44,053 bases of DNA from a virus (lineage: Duplodnaviria; Heunggongvirae; Uroviricota; Caudoviricetes), in IMG/VR virus record IMGVR_UViG_2597489870_000002, positions 1-44,053 of that record. The stretch is one strand, 5' to 3'. Within the stretch, counting starts at the first letter, position 1; every line of letters starts with the position of its first letter. Shown here one piece after another: positions 8,884-17,888 of this stretch. A program made the position numbers and the translations under genes. The notes beneath the pieces are model-generated. The model saw nothing but the letters and a program-made list of their open reading frames with translations. It had not been told where the DNA came from and did no database searches.

Positions 8884-9228
8884 ATGAGAAAACAGATACA
8901 GGCTCTTGGTCGACTCAAAACAGGCCAGATGAACAAAACAGAATCTGCGTATTGTCAGCACCTTGAGATGCGTAAACGTGCAGGAGAAATCGTCTGGTAT
9001 CGATTTGAGGGTATCAAGCTGCGGTTAGCTGACAACACGTTCTATACGCCAGATTTCGCTGTGATGCTCGCCACCGGAGAGATGGAACTGCACGAAGTGA
9101 AAGGTTTCTGGACCGACGACGCCAGGGTGAAAACCAAAGTCGCAGCAGACCAGTACCCGTTTCGCATTATCGGGGTAACGGTTAAGCCAAAGAAAGCGGG
9201 TGGCGGGTGGAACGTCGAAGAGTTCTAA
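8884..9228 (+). CDS. DUF1064-like phage protein (putative nuclease fold)
   Basis: 114 aa; pattern MRKQ...GRLKTGQMNKTE...YCQHLE...YTPDF recalled from lambdoid replication-adjacent genes. Confidence 0.5.
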   Translation: MRKQIQALGRLKTGQMNKTESAYCQHLEMRKRAGEIVWYRFEGIKLRLADNTFYTPDFAVMLATGEMELHEVKGFWTDDARVKTKVAADQYPFRIIGVTVKPKKAGGGWNVEEF

Positions 9229-9289
9229 ATCGACGATCCTTTTTGATATCAACGTAATCAATAACTTATACGGGTAAGCGAGGGTAAAT

Positions 9290-9403
9290 GTGAAGAAGAA
9301 ATATACGGTTGGCGCAAAGGTAATGCTGGCAATCATATTCATAGCCAACATAGTTTCCGTTGCTGCGCTGGTTTGGTACATGGCTAAGGAGCTATCAGCA
9401 TGA
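9290..9403 (+). CDS. Small membrane protein (37 aa)
   Basis: GTG start after GAGGG; single hydrophobic helix; stop overlaps next ATG (ATGA). Confidence 0.3.
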   Translation: MKKKYTVGAKVMLAIIFIANIVSVAALVWYMAKELSA

Positions 9404-9873
9404 AACCAACATACGAAGAACTTGAAGCCAAGTGCGCGGCTCTGGCTGCGGAGAACGCGGGGCTGAAGGCTAAGGGCCGCGAGCTTCTGGGTGAAGCGTG
9501 CGCCGTGTACGCAAAGTTCAATAAACTGATCGACCCGGCGATCGGGGATTTTATCGATGGTCAGACGCTTCATGAATTCCAGTATGTGCTCGACTGCGAA
9601 ACCCCGGCGACGGACGCTTTCCTGGCTGAAGTGCGGGCAAGTGCGCGTAATGAGGGCATCAACTATGCCGCCAGTCGTCTCGCAGCTGCATTCAATCATG
9701 GTTTCGTTGATAAGCCGCTGGCTGAAGTCTGCGACGTGGTACGCATGATTCTGGACACCAAAGAAGAACTGGCAAACTCCACGCTGCCAGCTGCTGATGG
9801 GATATCTGGCGAGTACGCAGAGAAGTTTCTCGCAGAGTTCGCCGCCCAACTTCGCAAAGGCGGTGAGGCATGA
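9400..9873 (+). CDS. Hypothetical protein
   Basis: 157-aa ORF in a chain of start/stop-overlapping plus-strand genes. Confidence 0.5.
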   Translation: MKPTYEELEAKCAALAAENAGLKAKGRELLGEACAVYAKFNKLIDPAIGDFIDGQTLHEFQYVLDCETPATDAFLAEVRASARNEGINYAASRLAAAFNHGFVDKPLAEVCDVVRMILDTKEELANSTLPAADGISGEYAEKFLAEFAAQLRKGGEA

Positions 9874-10067
9874 GCGACAACACCAAAGAGCTGAATTATA
9901 ACCCGGAAGACCCTGAAAAAATGCAACTCCCGAATGGTAAGACCTGCGGCGACTGCGCCCATATCCGTCGCTGTAAGGCAATTTTCGGGCATACAGAAAC
10001 GGATACCTATTGCGACTGGTCGCCATCTCGTTTCATTCCCGTGAAGACTGAAGGAGCCGCGCTATGA
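9870..10067 (+). CDS. Small Cys-rich protein
   Basis: 65 aa with CGDC...C...C motif; coupled to neighbours. Confidence 0.45.
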   Translation: MSDNTKELNYNPEDPEKMQLPNGKTCGDCAHIRRCKAIFGHTETDTYCDWSPSRFIPVKTEGAAL

Positions 10068-10378
10068 GTCTATTCCAGTGCGAAAACTGCGGGTGCTGTG
10101 AAAACACGGCGCTCTCATCACAAGGGTGCGTCGGGTTCTTCGAAAAACTATTTGATTGGTCTTATGCGCCAGAGCGAAAAGGAATGCGTTTATGTAGCGC
10201 GTGTGCGCCGGTTAAATACCGCGATGGTAACTCGACGAGATTTGGTGAATGGCATGATGTATTCCCACGGGTATACCTGCCGAAAGGGATGTTCGTAACC
10301 AACGGTGTTGTTAACTTAGCCCATCGAGATACCGGAGATGAAGACTATATGAAATACGCTCTGGAGGTATCCCAATGA
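10064..10378 (+). CDS. Hypothetical Cys-rich protein
   Basis: 104 aa, CENCGCC and CSAC motifs. Confidence 0.45.
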   Translation: MSLFQCENCGCCENTALSSQGCVGFFEKLFDWSYAPERKGMRLCSACAPVKYRDGNSTRFGEWHDVFPRVYLPKGMFVTNGVVNLAHRDTGDEDYMKYALEVSQ

Positions 10379-10761
10379 CAGCACTCAACAAACAGGCGCT
10401 GCTAATCGAAAACGGTCAACTTGTTGCCGATACTCTACGCCACTTAGCCGATAACGAAATCGACTCTGATTATTTTGCTATCACCTCAACGAGTGAGAAC
10501 GGCACTGAAATTGAGCATGAACTGGTTATAACTGATTATGCTCTACAGGCTGCAGGAACAGTAGACGAATTGGTTAGAGCGCTAGAAGCCGCAGAGAAGC
10601 GCATAGCAGAACTGGAAGCGGTGCGTGAAGTGTTTTTACGTGCAAAGGCTCTGATGTATCAATCTGGCGGTGCGCCCATCGAAAACTCGCTGAATCCGAT
10701 TGATGCGTGGTTGTATGACGCAGAACGCGCTGCCGCTGGCATTGGCGTGAAGGGGGAGTGA
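10375..10761 (+). CDS. Hypothetical protein
   Basis: 128-aa ORF, overlap-coupled. Confidence 0.45.
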   Translation: MTALNKQALLIENGQLVADTLRHLADNEIDSDYFAITSTSENGTEIEHELVITDYALQAAGTVDELVRALEAAEKRIAELEAVREVFLRAKALMYQSGGAPIENSLNPIDAWLYDAERAAAGIGVKGE

Positions 10762-10762
10762 G

Positions 10763-11128
10763 ATGGCGCTGACGAAAAAACAACGCGCAGAGCTACGCAT
10801 GAAGTTTGGCGGTCGCTGTGCTTATTGCGGGTGCGAGCTTGGTGATAAGTGGCATGCCGACCACGTTAAGCCTGTCATTCGTTTTGATGGGAATATGCTT
10901 CACCAGGAACGTGACGATATATCAAACATGGTTCCAGCATGCCACCCATGCAATCTGCACAAGCATTGCAGTAGCCTGGAAGATTACCGGCGAATTATCG
11001 GCGATGGTCGTCGCGAGTTCCTTGTATCCGGGAAAGGAAAAGCGCTGGTTCGTATGGGATTGGTTGAAATGAAATCTGACCCAGTGGTGTTCTGGTTTGA
11101 AAAATATCAAGAAGGGGCTACGGCATGA
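10763..11128 (+). CDS. HNH endonuclease
   Basis: HNH signature (CAYCGC...HADHVKP...PACHPCN); position upstream of terminase typical of cos/HNH-assisted packaging. Confidence 0.8.
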   Translation: MALTKKQRAELRMKFGGRCAYCGCELGDKWHADHVKPVIRFDGNMLHQERDDISNMVPACHPCNLHKHCSSLEDYRRIIGDGRREFLVSGKGKALVRMGLVEMKSDPVVFWFEKYQEGATA

Positions 11129-11979
11129 CAACTAACCACCCGGCGCACGGTCCTGTATCACTCGATCGCCTGCGCCAGATAAGCGAAATACTCAGCAAAG
11201 CAGCAGCACAAAGCGACGGCGGCAATCTTGGCTACGCAATGGCTGATGCTGTGAAGGTGATTGAAGGGGTGATTGCAGCGTTTGGTGCCGAGCCTGTGCT
11301 TTATGCCGCGGAGGAAACTCTTGCTTATGCCAGGATGGGTGAGCTTCACCTTAAGTGCCTGTCTCAGCCAATGGGATATGCGGTAATTCCACTCTACACT
11401 ACCCCGCCAGCGCAGGTAGTGCCGGAGAATTGCGTAACAGCAGAACACCGTCGCGTTATTGAAATGCTGCTCAATGTTTGCGGGGCCGCATTCGAACTCG
11501 CAGATGATAGCTGTCAGCAAGATGTTGATGGCGAAGAGTGCCACGTTGTTCCAGACGACGCATTTCAGAAGCTAAGTGATGCGCTGGACGAAATAGAAAA
11601 CACTCTCCCGACAGAAGATGTCGACAGGCCAGACGTATTTCTTGCCTGGTCGGCAATGCCAAGGGCAGCGCTGAAATCTATTCTCCAGGCTGGCAACTCT
11701 CCGGTAACTCCGGATGACGTACTCCGCATGGACTGGCTGGTATCTAAAACCGTTGATGTTCGTGAGCCTATGGTTTACGGAAGCCATAGCATTTTCTGGT
11801 CGCAGACCATCACGGATGAAGATGACGATTATCACGCGACCAAATTACGTGAGCAAATCGATGCAGCTATGGCAGCTGAGCAGGCAGCAGCCCCGCAGCA
11901 GGGCGTGAAGTCAGCGCTTGAGCATGGAATGCAGCGTTACGCCGGGGCTATGCAAAAACTGTCAGAAGGAGATAAGTGA
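11125..11979 (+). CDS. Hypothetical protein
   Basis: 284-aa acidic ORF, overlap-coupled. Confidence 0.5.
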   Translation: MTTNHPAHGPVSLDRLRQISEILSKAAAQSDGGNLGYAMADAVKVIEGVIAAFGAEPVLYAAEETLAYARMGELHLKCLSQPMGYAVIPLYTTPPAQVVPENCVTAEHRRVIEMLLNVCGAAFELADDSCQQDVDGEECHVVPDDAFQKLSDALDEIENTLPTEDVDRPDVFLAWSAMPRAALKSILQAGNSPVTPDDVLRMDWLVSKTVDVREPMVYGSHSIFWSQTITDEDDDYHATKLREQIDAAMAAEQAAAPQQGVKSALEHGMQRYAGAMQKLSEGDK

Positions 11980-12176
11980 TGGATAAATGTCGCGGAGTTT
12001 TAGGCTTTCTGTTCGGTCATTCATATCGTCATGCAATTACCAGAGGCTATCCTTCCGCAAAACTTGGGGAAGTGAAAGGTAGCAGCTCGTTCATCATCAG
12101 TTTGATAGATAAAACAAGGCCAGAGACATTTCATGGCATCTACTGCAAGCGATGCGGGAAGGTGATCAATGGCTAA
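11976..12176 (+). CDS. Hypothetical small protein
   Basis: 66-aa ORF. Confidence 0.35.
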   Translation: MMDKCRGVLGFLFGHSYRHAITRGYPSAKLGEVKGSSSFIISLIDKTRPETFHGIYCKRCGKVING

Positions 12177-12507
12177 ATCCGCAGCAGAACGCAAAAAAGC
12201 GCAGCGGACCCGCCAGGCAGAAGCCGGTAACCGCAAGCTGGAACTGGTGCTCGACGAGCAGGAAATGGAGATGCTGGCGCTAAACTGCGCCGCCCGTCGC
12301 CCTGGTCGTGCGCCGTATGACATGAACGAGTACATCGCGTTGCTTATCCGCCAGGACGATGCGCGAGTGCGTGGCCGTATCAAGTCAATCAGTGCCAACA
12401 AGTGCGGGAAGTGCGGCGATGCGCTGCCAGTTGAGTCGTGTCCGTGCGATGGTGATTCTCAGTGCTGGGTGACACGTGGCTGGCATGAGACTAAATTATC
12501 AGTGTGA
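12169..12507 (+). CDS. Hypothetical protein
   Basis: 112 aa; C-terminal Cys cluster (CGKCGD...CPCDGDSQC). Confidence 0.45.
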   Translation: MAKSAAERKKAQRTRQAEAGNRKLELVLDEQEMEMLALNCAARRPGRAPYDMNEYIALLIRQDDARVRGRIKSISANKCGKCGDALPVESCPCDGDSQCWVTRGWHETKLSV

Positions 12508-12537
12508 CAGTCACGCTAGCGACAATAAATTGCAATG

Positions 12538-12563
12538 GCCGCCGACTATGGCGGCTTTGTTTT
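12538..12563 (+). terminator. Rho-independent terminator
   Basis: GCCGCC-GACTAT-GGCGGC hairpin plus TTTGTTTT. Confidence 0.6.
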
Positions 12564-12574
12564 GCGTGTTACTA

Positions 12575-12590
12575 TTACCAAAACGGTAAT
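12575..12590. promoter_or_regulatory. Operator palindrome upstream of terminase operon
   Basis: TTACCAAAACGGTAAT between terminator and terminase small subunit start. Confidence 0.5.
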
Positions 12591-12609
12591 TATTACTTTG
12601 GTGGTAACA

Positions 12610-13206
12610 ATGCCCGCAGAACCAAAGGCACCAAAACGCAAATCAACGCAGTACAAGCCACTGACAGCGATGCAGGAGGCTTACGCGCAGGAATATACCA
12701 AATGCCCAGAGAATCAGACGCAGGCAGCGATTAACGCAGGATTCTCACCTAATACGGCAGCGGTCAAAGCCAGCGTCATGATGCGTGATGAGCGCATTCA
12801 GAAACGAATAGCTGAACTGATGGAAGAGCGCAACAAGCGACTGCGCGTCAGTGCTGATTACGTGCTACTCCGTCTGGTGGAAATTGACCAGATGGATGTG
12901 ATGGATATCCTGAACGACGATATGAGCATCAAGCCGGTTTCAGAATGGCCCAAGGTCTGGCGGCAGTACCTGACAGGGTTCGAGCTTGCCGACATGTTCG
13001 AAGGTCGTGGCGACGAGAAAGAATTGGTTGGCATCCTCAAAAAAATAAAATGGCCGGACAAGGTGAAGAACCTTGAGCTTATCGGTAAGCACGTCGACGT
13101 CAACGCGTTCAAAGAGCGCCTTGAGGTATCCGGTACCGTCACCATTGCCGACCGCATGGCGAAGGCCCGCCGTCGTGTGAAAGAGCAGGCTGGTGGTGAA
13201 GAATGA
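12610..13206 (+). CDS. Terminase small subunit
   Basis: Start moved to ATG 12610 (MPAEPKAPKRK) because the longer ORF would span a terminator and an operator site; GGTGG ribosome-binding site; overlaps large subunit start. Confidence 0.7.
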   Translation: MPAEPKAPKRKSTQYKPLTAMQEAYAQEYTKCPENQTQAAINAGFSPNTAAVKASVMMRDERIQKRIAELMEERNKRLRVSADYVLLRLVEIDQMDVMDILNDDMSIKPVSEWPKVWRQYLTGFELADMFEGRGDEKELVGILKKIKWPDKVKNLELIGKHVDVNAFKERLEVSGTVTIADRMAKARRRVKEQAGGEE

Positions 13207-14684
13207 CAGCTGCAGCCATGTCGCCGGAAGAGCAACTCGTCGAGGATATCGCAGGGTTCACGTATGACCCGCTGGGCTATGCGTTGTATGCGTTCCCGTG
13301 GGGAGAAGAGGGCACTGAGCTGGCACATGCCACCGGTCCCCGAAAATGGCAGGCCGACGCATTCCGCGAGATACGCGATCACCTCCAGAATCCGGCAACA
13401 CGTCACCAGCCGATAATGCTGGCTCGCGCATCCGGTCATGGCATCGGTAAATCTGCGTTCATCTCGATGCTGATTAACTGGGGCATGTCGACCTGTGAAG
13501 ACTGCAAGGTAGTGGTGACAGCCAACACCGACAACCAGTTACGCACCAAAACATGGCCGGAAATCATCAAATGGTCGAACCTGGCTATCACAAAAGAATG
13601 GTTTACCTGCACCGCCACGGCGATGTACAGCAACGATCCGGGTCACGACAAACGCTGGCGCGCTGACGCAATCCCATGGTCTGAGCATAACACCGAGGCA
13701 TTTGCCGGACTGCACAACGAGCGAAAGCGCATCATCGTCGTATTCGACGAAGCGTCCAACATTGCCGATCTGGTGTGGGAAGTAGCAGAGGGTGCTCTGA
13801 CGGACGAGGACACCGAGATTATCTGGGTGGCGTTCGGAAACCCGACGCGTAACACCGGGCGTTTCCGCGAATGCTTCCGCAAGTACAAGCACCGCTGGAA
13901 GTGCGCGCAGATTGACAGCCGCACCGTGGAAGGAACCAACAAGGAGCAACTGCAAAAATGGGTGGACGACTACGGCGAGGATAGCGACTTCGTGAAAGTC
14001 CGTGTACGCGGGATCTTCCCTGATGCGTCTGAAAACCAGTTCATCCCATCCGGACTGACGCAACCAGCTGTTGGCAGGGTTATTACTCCGGCACAGGTCC
14101 AGCATGCTGCTGTAGTTCTTGGAGTCGACCCGTCTCACCAGGGTAAAGACCCCGCAGTTATCTACCTGAGGCAGGGGCTGCACTGCAAAAAACTCGGGGA
14201 GTGGCAGCGTACCACTGACGATGTGCTGTTTGCGAAAGTGATTGCCGACTTCGAGGATCAGTACCAGGCTGACGCTGTGTTTATCGATTACGGCTATGGC
14301 ACAGGTCTTAAATCTGTTGGCGATAACTGGGGGCGCAACTGGACGCTGATAATGTTCGGCAGCGGTACGGCAGATCCCGAGATGGGCAACAAACGCGGCG
14401 AGATGTATAAATCCGCCCGTGACGCGCTGAAGCTTGGTGCGCAACTGGATAGCCAGGAACTTGCCGACGAACTGAGCGCACCTGAATACAAAGTCAGGCT
14501 GAAGGACAGCAGGAAGATTTTACAGGACAAGGACGAGGTGAAAGAATTGCTTGGCCGGTCACCGAACAATGCCGACGCCTATGTGCTGACTTATGCCGCT
14601 CCTGTTACCAAAAAACAGTTCAACTATGGGCAGCAGCAAAGCCAGCAGGGTAAGGCTCTCACAGAGTACGATCCCTATGCTTGA
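13203..14684 (+). CDS. Terminase large subunit
   Basis: 493 aa; Walker A-like GHGIGKS; follows the small subunit with a 4-nt overlap. Confidence 0.85.
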   Translation: MTAAAMSPEEQLVEDIAGFTYDPLGYALYAFPWGEEGTELAHATGPRKWQADAFREIRDHLQNPATRHQPIMLARASGHGIGKSAFISMLINWGMSTCEDCKVVVTANTDNQLRTKTWPEIIKWSNLAITKEWFTCTATAMYSNDPGHDKRWRADAIPWSEHNTEAFAGLHNERKRIIVVFDEASNIADLVWEVAEGALTDEDTEIIWVAFGNPTRNTGRFRECFRKYKHRWKCAQIDSRTVEGTNKEQLQKWVDDYGEDSDFVKVRVRGIFPDASENQFIPSGLTQPAVGRVITPAQVQHAAVVLGVDPSHQGKDPAVIYLRQGLHCKKLGEWQRTTDDVLFAKVIADFEDQYQADAVFIDYGYGTGLKSVGDNWGRNWTLIMFGSGTADPEMGNKRGEMYKSARDALKLGAQLDSQELADELSAPEYKVRLKDSRKILQDKDEVKELLGRSPNNADAYVLTYAAPVTKKQFNYGQQQSQQGKALTEYDPYA

Positions 14685-14707
14685 AAAAGCCCGCGAATCG
14701 GCGGGCT
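14684..14707 (-). terminator. Intrinsic terminator for minus-strand moron gene
   Basis: AGCCCGC-GAATCG-GCGGGCT hairpin; U-tract on minus strand overlaps the terminase stop codon. Confidence 0.55.
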
Positions 14708-14727
14708 AGTTGTGACATGTCACGGCT

Positions 14728-15333
14728 TTAGTCCTGTAAATATTCTTCGGTGCTCACAGCCAGCCGGCCTTCTAACAGTTCAGCGTGAGTGCTATCAATG
14801 ATAACCGAATGATGCGGGTGAACATTTTGAGCCAGCCATTTAATTACTGGTCTTGTCACTTCTTCGAATGAGTCAGCTAAGGCTTTGTTTGTGTCTGTGA
14901 TATTGCAATCACCAAGATTAATGGCATCAAATCCAGCGTTGATGGCTTCCGCAATATTGGTGGCATTGGTTTTATCGAATTGCCCATTCTGAATAAGCGC
15001 CGCATGCAGACATTGTAACTTCATGTTGTATAAGTGTTCTCGCATGTAATCATCATCACTTTTTTCTTTAGCGTAAACAGCGCGAGAAATATCAAATACA
15101 TTACCTTTTTCCATTTCCGTCCGCTGGGCTGCAATCCAGTCATGACTTGTAACGCTAGTCCCATGGTCTTCACTAAGCGGTAACCCGGCCAGTCGTTCAC
15201 CAGGAATTACCTCGTAATGCATTTCGTTACCGGCAAAAACACCATAAAAAATAGAGTCATCAGCTTGAACGATGCGGGAATATTTTAAAGGCCATTCATT
15301 TAGATATTTAGCCAACATATCAACTGTTTTCAT
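14728..15333 (-). CDS. Hypothetical protein (opposite-strand moron, unknown function)
   Basis: 201 aa, no transmembrane segment or recognisable motif; AAGGTGAG ribosome-binding site; embedded antisense in the late region. Confidence 0.6.
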   Translation of the reverse strand: MKTVDMLAKYLNEWPLKYSRIVQADDSIFYGVFAGNEMHYEVIPGERLAGLPLSEDHGTSVTSHDWIAAQRTEMEKGNVFDISRAVYAKEKSDDDYMREHLYNMKLQCLHAALIQNGQFDKTNATNIAEAINAGFDAINLGDCNITDTNKALADSFEEVTRPVIKWLAQNVHPHHSVIIDSTHAELLEGRLAVSTEEYLQD

Positions 15334-15344
15334 AATCTCACCTT

Positions 15345-15368
15345 AAAAAAATGCCCACCGGAGTGGGC
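15345..15368 (-). terminator. Intrinsic terminator whose U-tract abuts the moron ribosome-binding site
   Basis: GCCCAC-TCCG-GTGGGC hairpin plus 7 U on minus strand, immediately followed by AAGGUGAGAUU-AUG. Confidence 0.6.
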
Positions 15369-15541
15369 GAACTGGAAGCAAGGATGCCTTCCATGGCAGT
15401 TACGGGTTTACAGCGCAACGTCATCGCAATGGCGTTCTGCTGTAAAAGTGACGGTGGTCAGCATCAAGGGAAACTGCCACCGCCAATAGCTACACAGCAT
15501 CGTTCTTATGGGCGCTTCATCACGGTCCTAAGGCGTGATTC

Positions 15542-15618
15542 TGGTGCGGCATGCAGGATTCGAACCTGCGGCCAACCGCTTAGAAGGCGGTTGCTCTATC
15601 CAACTGAGCTAATGCCAC
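15542..15618 (-). tRNA. tRNA-Arg (anticodon UCU)
   Basis: 77-nt cloverleaf ending in CCA; anticodon loop CUUCUAA; T-loop GGTTCGAATCC; 7-bp acceptor stem with one G-U pair. Confidence 0.85.
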
Positions 15619-15882
15619 AACGCTGAGAGCACTCCCATCTTTGCTAATGGGCTTCAAGAGCGGCAGGCCTACCACTTGGAATGCTCTCATCGTTGCATCC
15701 TCGTCTATTCCGAGGTGTCACACCGTATCGCCACGATGGTGAGTCGTCATGTCCGTGCTTACCTGACACTGGCTTGCACATTCCGGCTACCCGGCTGGGG
15801 AAGTAGCATCAAGTGAACCCATCCGGACCGCTGCGGCACATGTGCCATATACCGTACATCCACTGCGTCACATCAACATCAA

Positions 15883-15898
15883 TTACCTAAAAGGTAAT
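15883..15898. promoter_or_regulatory. Operator palindrome upstream of virion operon
   Basis: TTACCTAAAAGGTAAT; ATGTGGTT at 15942-15949. Confidence 0.5.
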
Positions 15899-15987
15899 AT
15901 CTGATGTTATAGGTGTCAATAGCCTACGCTAAATAAATCATATGTGGTTAAATTGGTAATAATTTAATTGCGTACGGAGCTATTGCT

Positions 15988-16194
15988 ATGTGTATCGGCA
16001 GCAAGCCATCAGTGCCAGCAGCACCAGAAGTACAGGCCGCGCCACAGGAGCAGGATGCAGCAGTTGTCAGTTCTCGTGACGACGAAGAGCGCCGCCGCCG
16101 TGCAGCCGCTGGCCGCAGTTCCACTCTGCTGACTGGTGCACAGGGCGACACCTCAACCGCAAACACCAGCGGTAAAACGCTGCTCGGTCAGTAA
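15988..16194 (+). CDS. Hypothetical small protein
   Basis: 68 aa, Ala/Arg-rich; GGAG ribosome-binding site; precedes portal. Confidence 0.4.
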   Translation: MCIGSKPSVPAAPEVQAAPQEQDAAVVSSRDDEERRRRAAAGRSSTLLTGAQGDTSTANTSGKTLLGQ

Positions 16195-16208
16195 CGGAGT
16201 AGGCAGAG

Positions 16209-17888
16209 ATGGCGGAAACCGAAAAAGAGCGTCTGCTGAAGCAGCTCGCACAGCTGAAGAGTGAGCGCACATCGTTCGAGTCACACTGGCGTGACCTGAG
16301 CGATTTTATCAATCCGCGCGGTTCCCGCTTTCTGACGTCTGATGTAAACCGTGATGATCGTCGTAACACTAAGATTATTGATCCTACCGGTTCAATGGCT
16401 CAGCGCATTCTGTCCAGCGGCATGATGTCCGGCATCACCAGTCCGGCCCGCCCATGGTTCAAACTGGCAACGCCTGACCCTGACATGATGGATTATGGTC
16501 CGGTTAAGGTGTGGCTTGAAGTCGTGCAGCGCCGTATGAACGAAGTGTTCAACAAGTCGAACCTGTATCAGTCATTGCCTGTCATGTACGCCAGCCTGGG
16601 TACTTTCGGTACCGCTGCAATGGCTGTGCTCGAAGATGACCAGGACGTGATTCGCACAATGCCTTTCCCGATTGGCTGCTACTACCTGGCTAACAGCCCG
16701 CGCGGCAGCGTCGACACATCCTTCCGTCAGTTCTCCATGACTGTTCGTCAACTGGTGCAGGAATTTGGGCTGGATAACGTCAGCTCATCGGTGCAGGGGA
16801 TGTGGCAAAACGGCACGTATGAAACGTGGATCGAAGTTAACCACTGCATCACGCCAAACGTTAACCGCGACACCGGGAAGATGGACAGCAAGAACAAGCC
16901 ATTCCGCTCTGTCTACTTCGAGACTGGCGGCGACGCTGACAAGCTGCTGCGTGAATCCGGCTTTGATGAATTCCCGATCCTTGCTCCGCGCTGGGAAGTG
17001 AACGGCGAAGACGTTTACGCCTCATCCTGCCCTGGCATGCTGGCACTCGGTCAGGTTAAAGCCCTTCAGGTTGAGCAGAAACGTAAAGCGCAACTGATCG
17101 ATAAGGCTACCAACCCGCCAATGGTTGCACCTACCTCGCTAAAAACACAGCGTGTTTCCCTGCTGCCTGGTGATGTGACGTACCTCGACGTGTTGAGCGG
17201 TCAGGACGGTTTCAAACCTGCATATCTGGTAAACCCGAATACTGCAGATCTTCTGGCTGACATTCAGGATACCCGCCAGACCATCAACAGCGCCTACTTC
17301 GTCGACCTCTTCATGATGCTGCAAAACATCAACACCCGCTCGATGCCTGTTGAAGCGGTGATCGAAATGAAAGAAGAAAAACTTCTGATGTTGGGGCCGG
17401 TTCTGGAGCGTCTGAACGACGAATGTCTTAATCCTCTCATTGACCGCGCTTTCTCGATGATGGTGCGTAAAAACATGCTGCCGCCACCGCCTGACGCGAT
17501 GGAAGGCATGCCCCTGAAGGTCGAATACATTTCCGTCATGGCTCAGGCGCAGAAGTCTATCGGCCTGTCCAGTCTGGCGTCCACGGTTAACTTCATTGGT
17601 CAACTTGCGCAAGCGAAACCAGAAGCTCTCGACAAACTCAACGTTGATCAGGCGATCGATGCATTCGCTGATATGTCCGGAGTGTCTCCAACCGTTATTG
17701 TTCCGCAGGAACAGGTTGAGCAGGCCCGCCAGCAACGGGCACAGCAGCAACAGCAGCAACAAATGATGGCGATGGGGATGGCGGCGGCACAGGGTGCCAA
17801 GACGCTAAGCGAAGCTAAAACTTCGGATCCGAGTGTTTTGTCAGCTATGGCGAATGCAGTTAGTGGTCAGGGTGGGCAATCACAATGA
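16209..17888 (+). CDS. Portal protein (podovirus-type)
   Basis: 559 aa; Gln/Ala/Met-rich C-terminal tail resembling T7-type portal C-termini; position after terminase. Confidence 0.75.
   Translation: MAETEKERLLKQLAQLKSERTSFESHWRDLSDFINPRGSRFLTSDVNRDDRRNTKIIDPTGSMAQRILSSGMMSGITSPARPWFKLATPDPDMMDYGPVKVWLEVVQRRMNEVFNKSNLYQSLPVMYASLGTFGTAAMAVLEDDQDVIRTMPFPIGCYYLANSPRGSVDTSFRQFSMTVRQLVQEFGLDNVSSSVQGMWQNGTYETWIEVNHCITPNVNRDTGKMDSKNKPFRSVYFETGGDADKLLRESGFDEFPILAPRWEVNGEDVYASSCPGMLALGQVKALQVEQKRKAQLIDKATNPPMVAPTSLKTQRVSLLPGDVTYLDVLSGQDGFKPAYLVNPNTADLLADIQDTRQTINSAYFVDLFMMLQNINTRSMPVEAVIEMKEEKLLMLGPVLERLNDECLNPLIDRAFSMMVRKNMLPPPPDAMEGMPLKVEYISVMAQAQKSIGLSSLASTVNFIGQLAQAKPEALDKLNVDQAIDAFADMSGVSPTVIVPQEQVEQARQQRAQQQQQQQMMAMGMAAAQGAKTLSEAKTSDPSVLSAMANAVSGQGGQSQ

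Noticed and set aside
9025-10026. 333-aa minus-strand ORF
   Set aside because: Spans four overlap-coupled plus-strand genes and two intergenic junctions; no plausible start context.
13539-14444. 301-aa minus-strand ORF
   Set aside because: Antisense inside the terminase large subunit gene, whose Walker A-like motif supports the plus-strand frame.
14709-14724. TGTGACATGTCACA as a CRP binding site
   Set aside because: CRP sites are TGTGA-N6-TCACA; here the half-sites are 4 bp apart.
15542-15618. tRNA gene as the integration site and prophage boundary
   Set aside because: It is internal, with phage structural genes on both sides; the integrase is at the far left and no att-like repeat flanks the tRNA.
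15351-15626. 91-aa plus-strand ORF
   Set aside because: Overlaps the tRNA-Arg gene and a terminator hairpin on the opposite strand.
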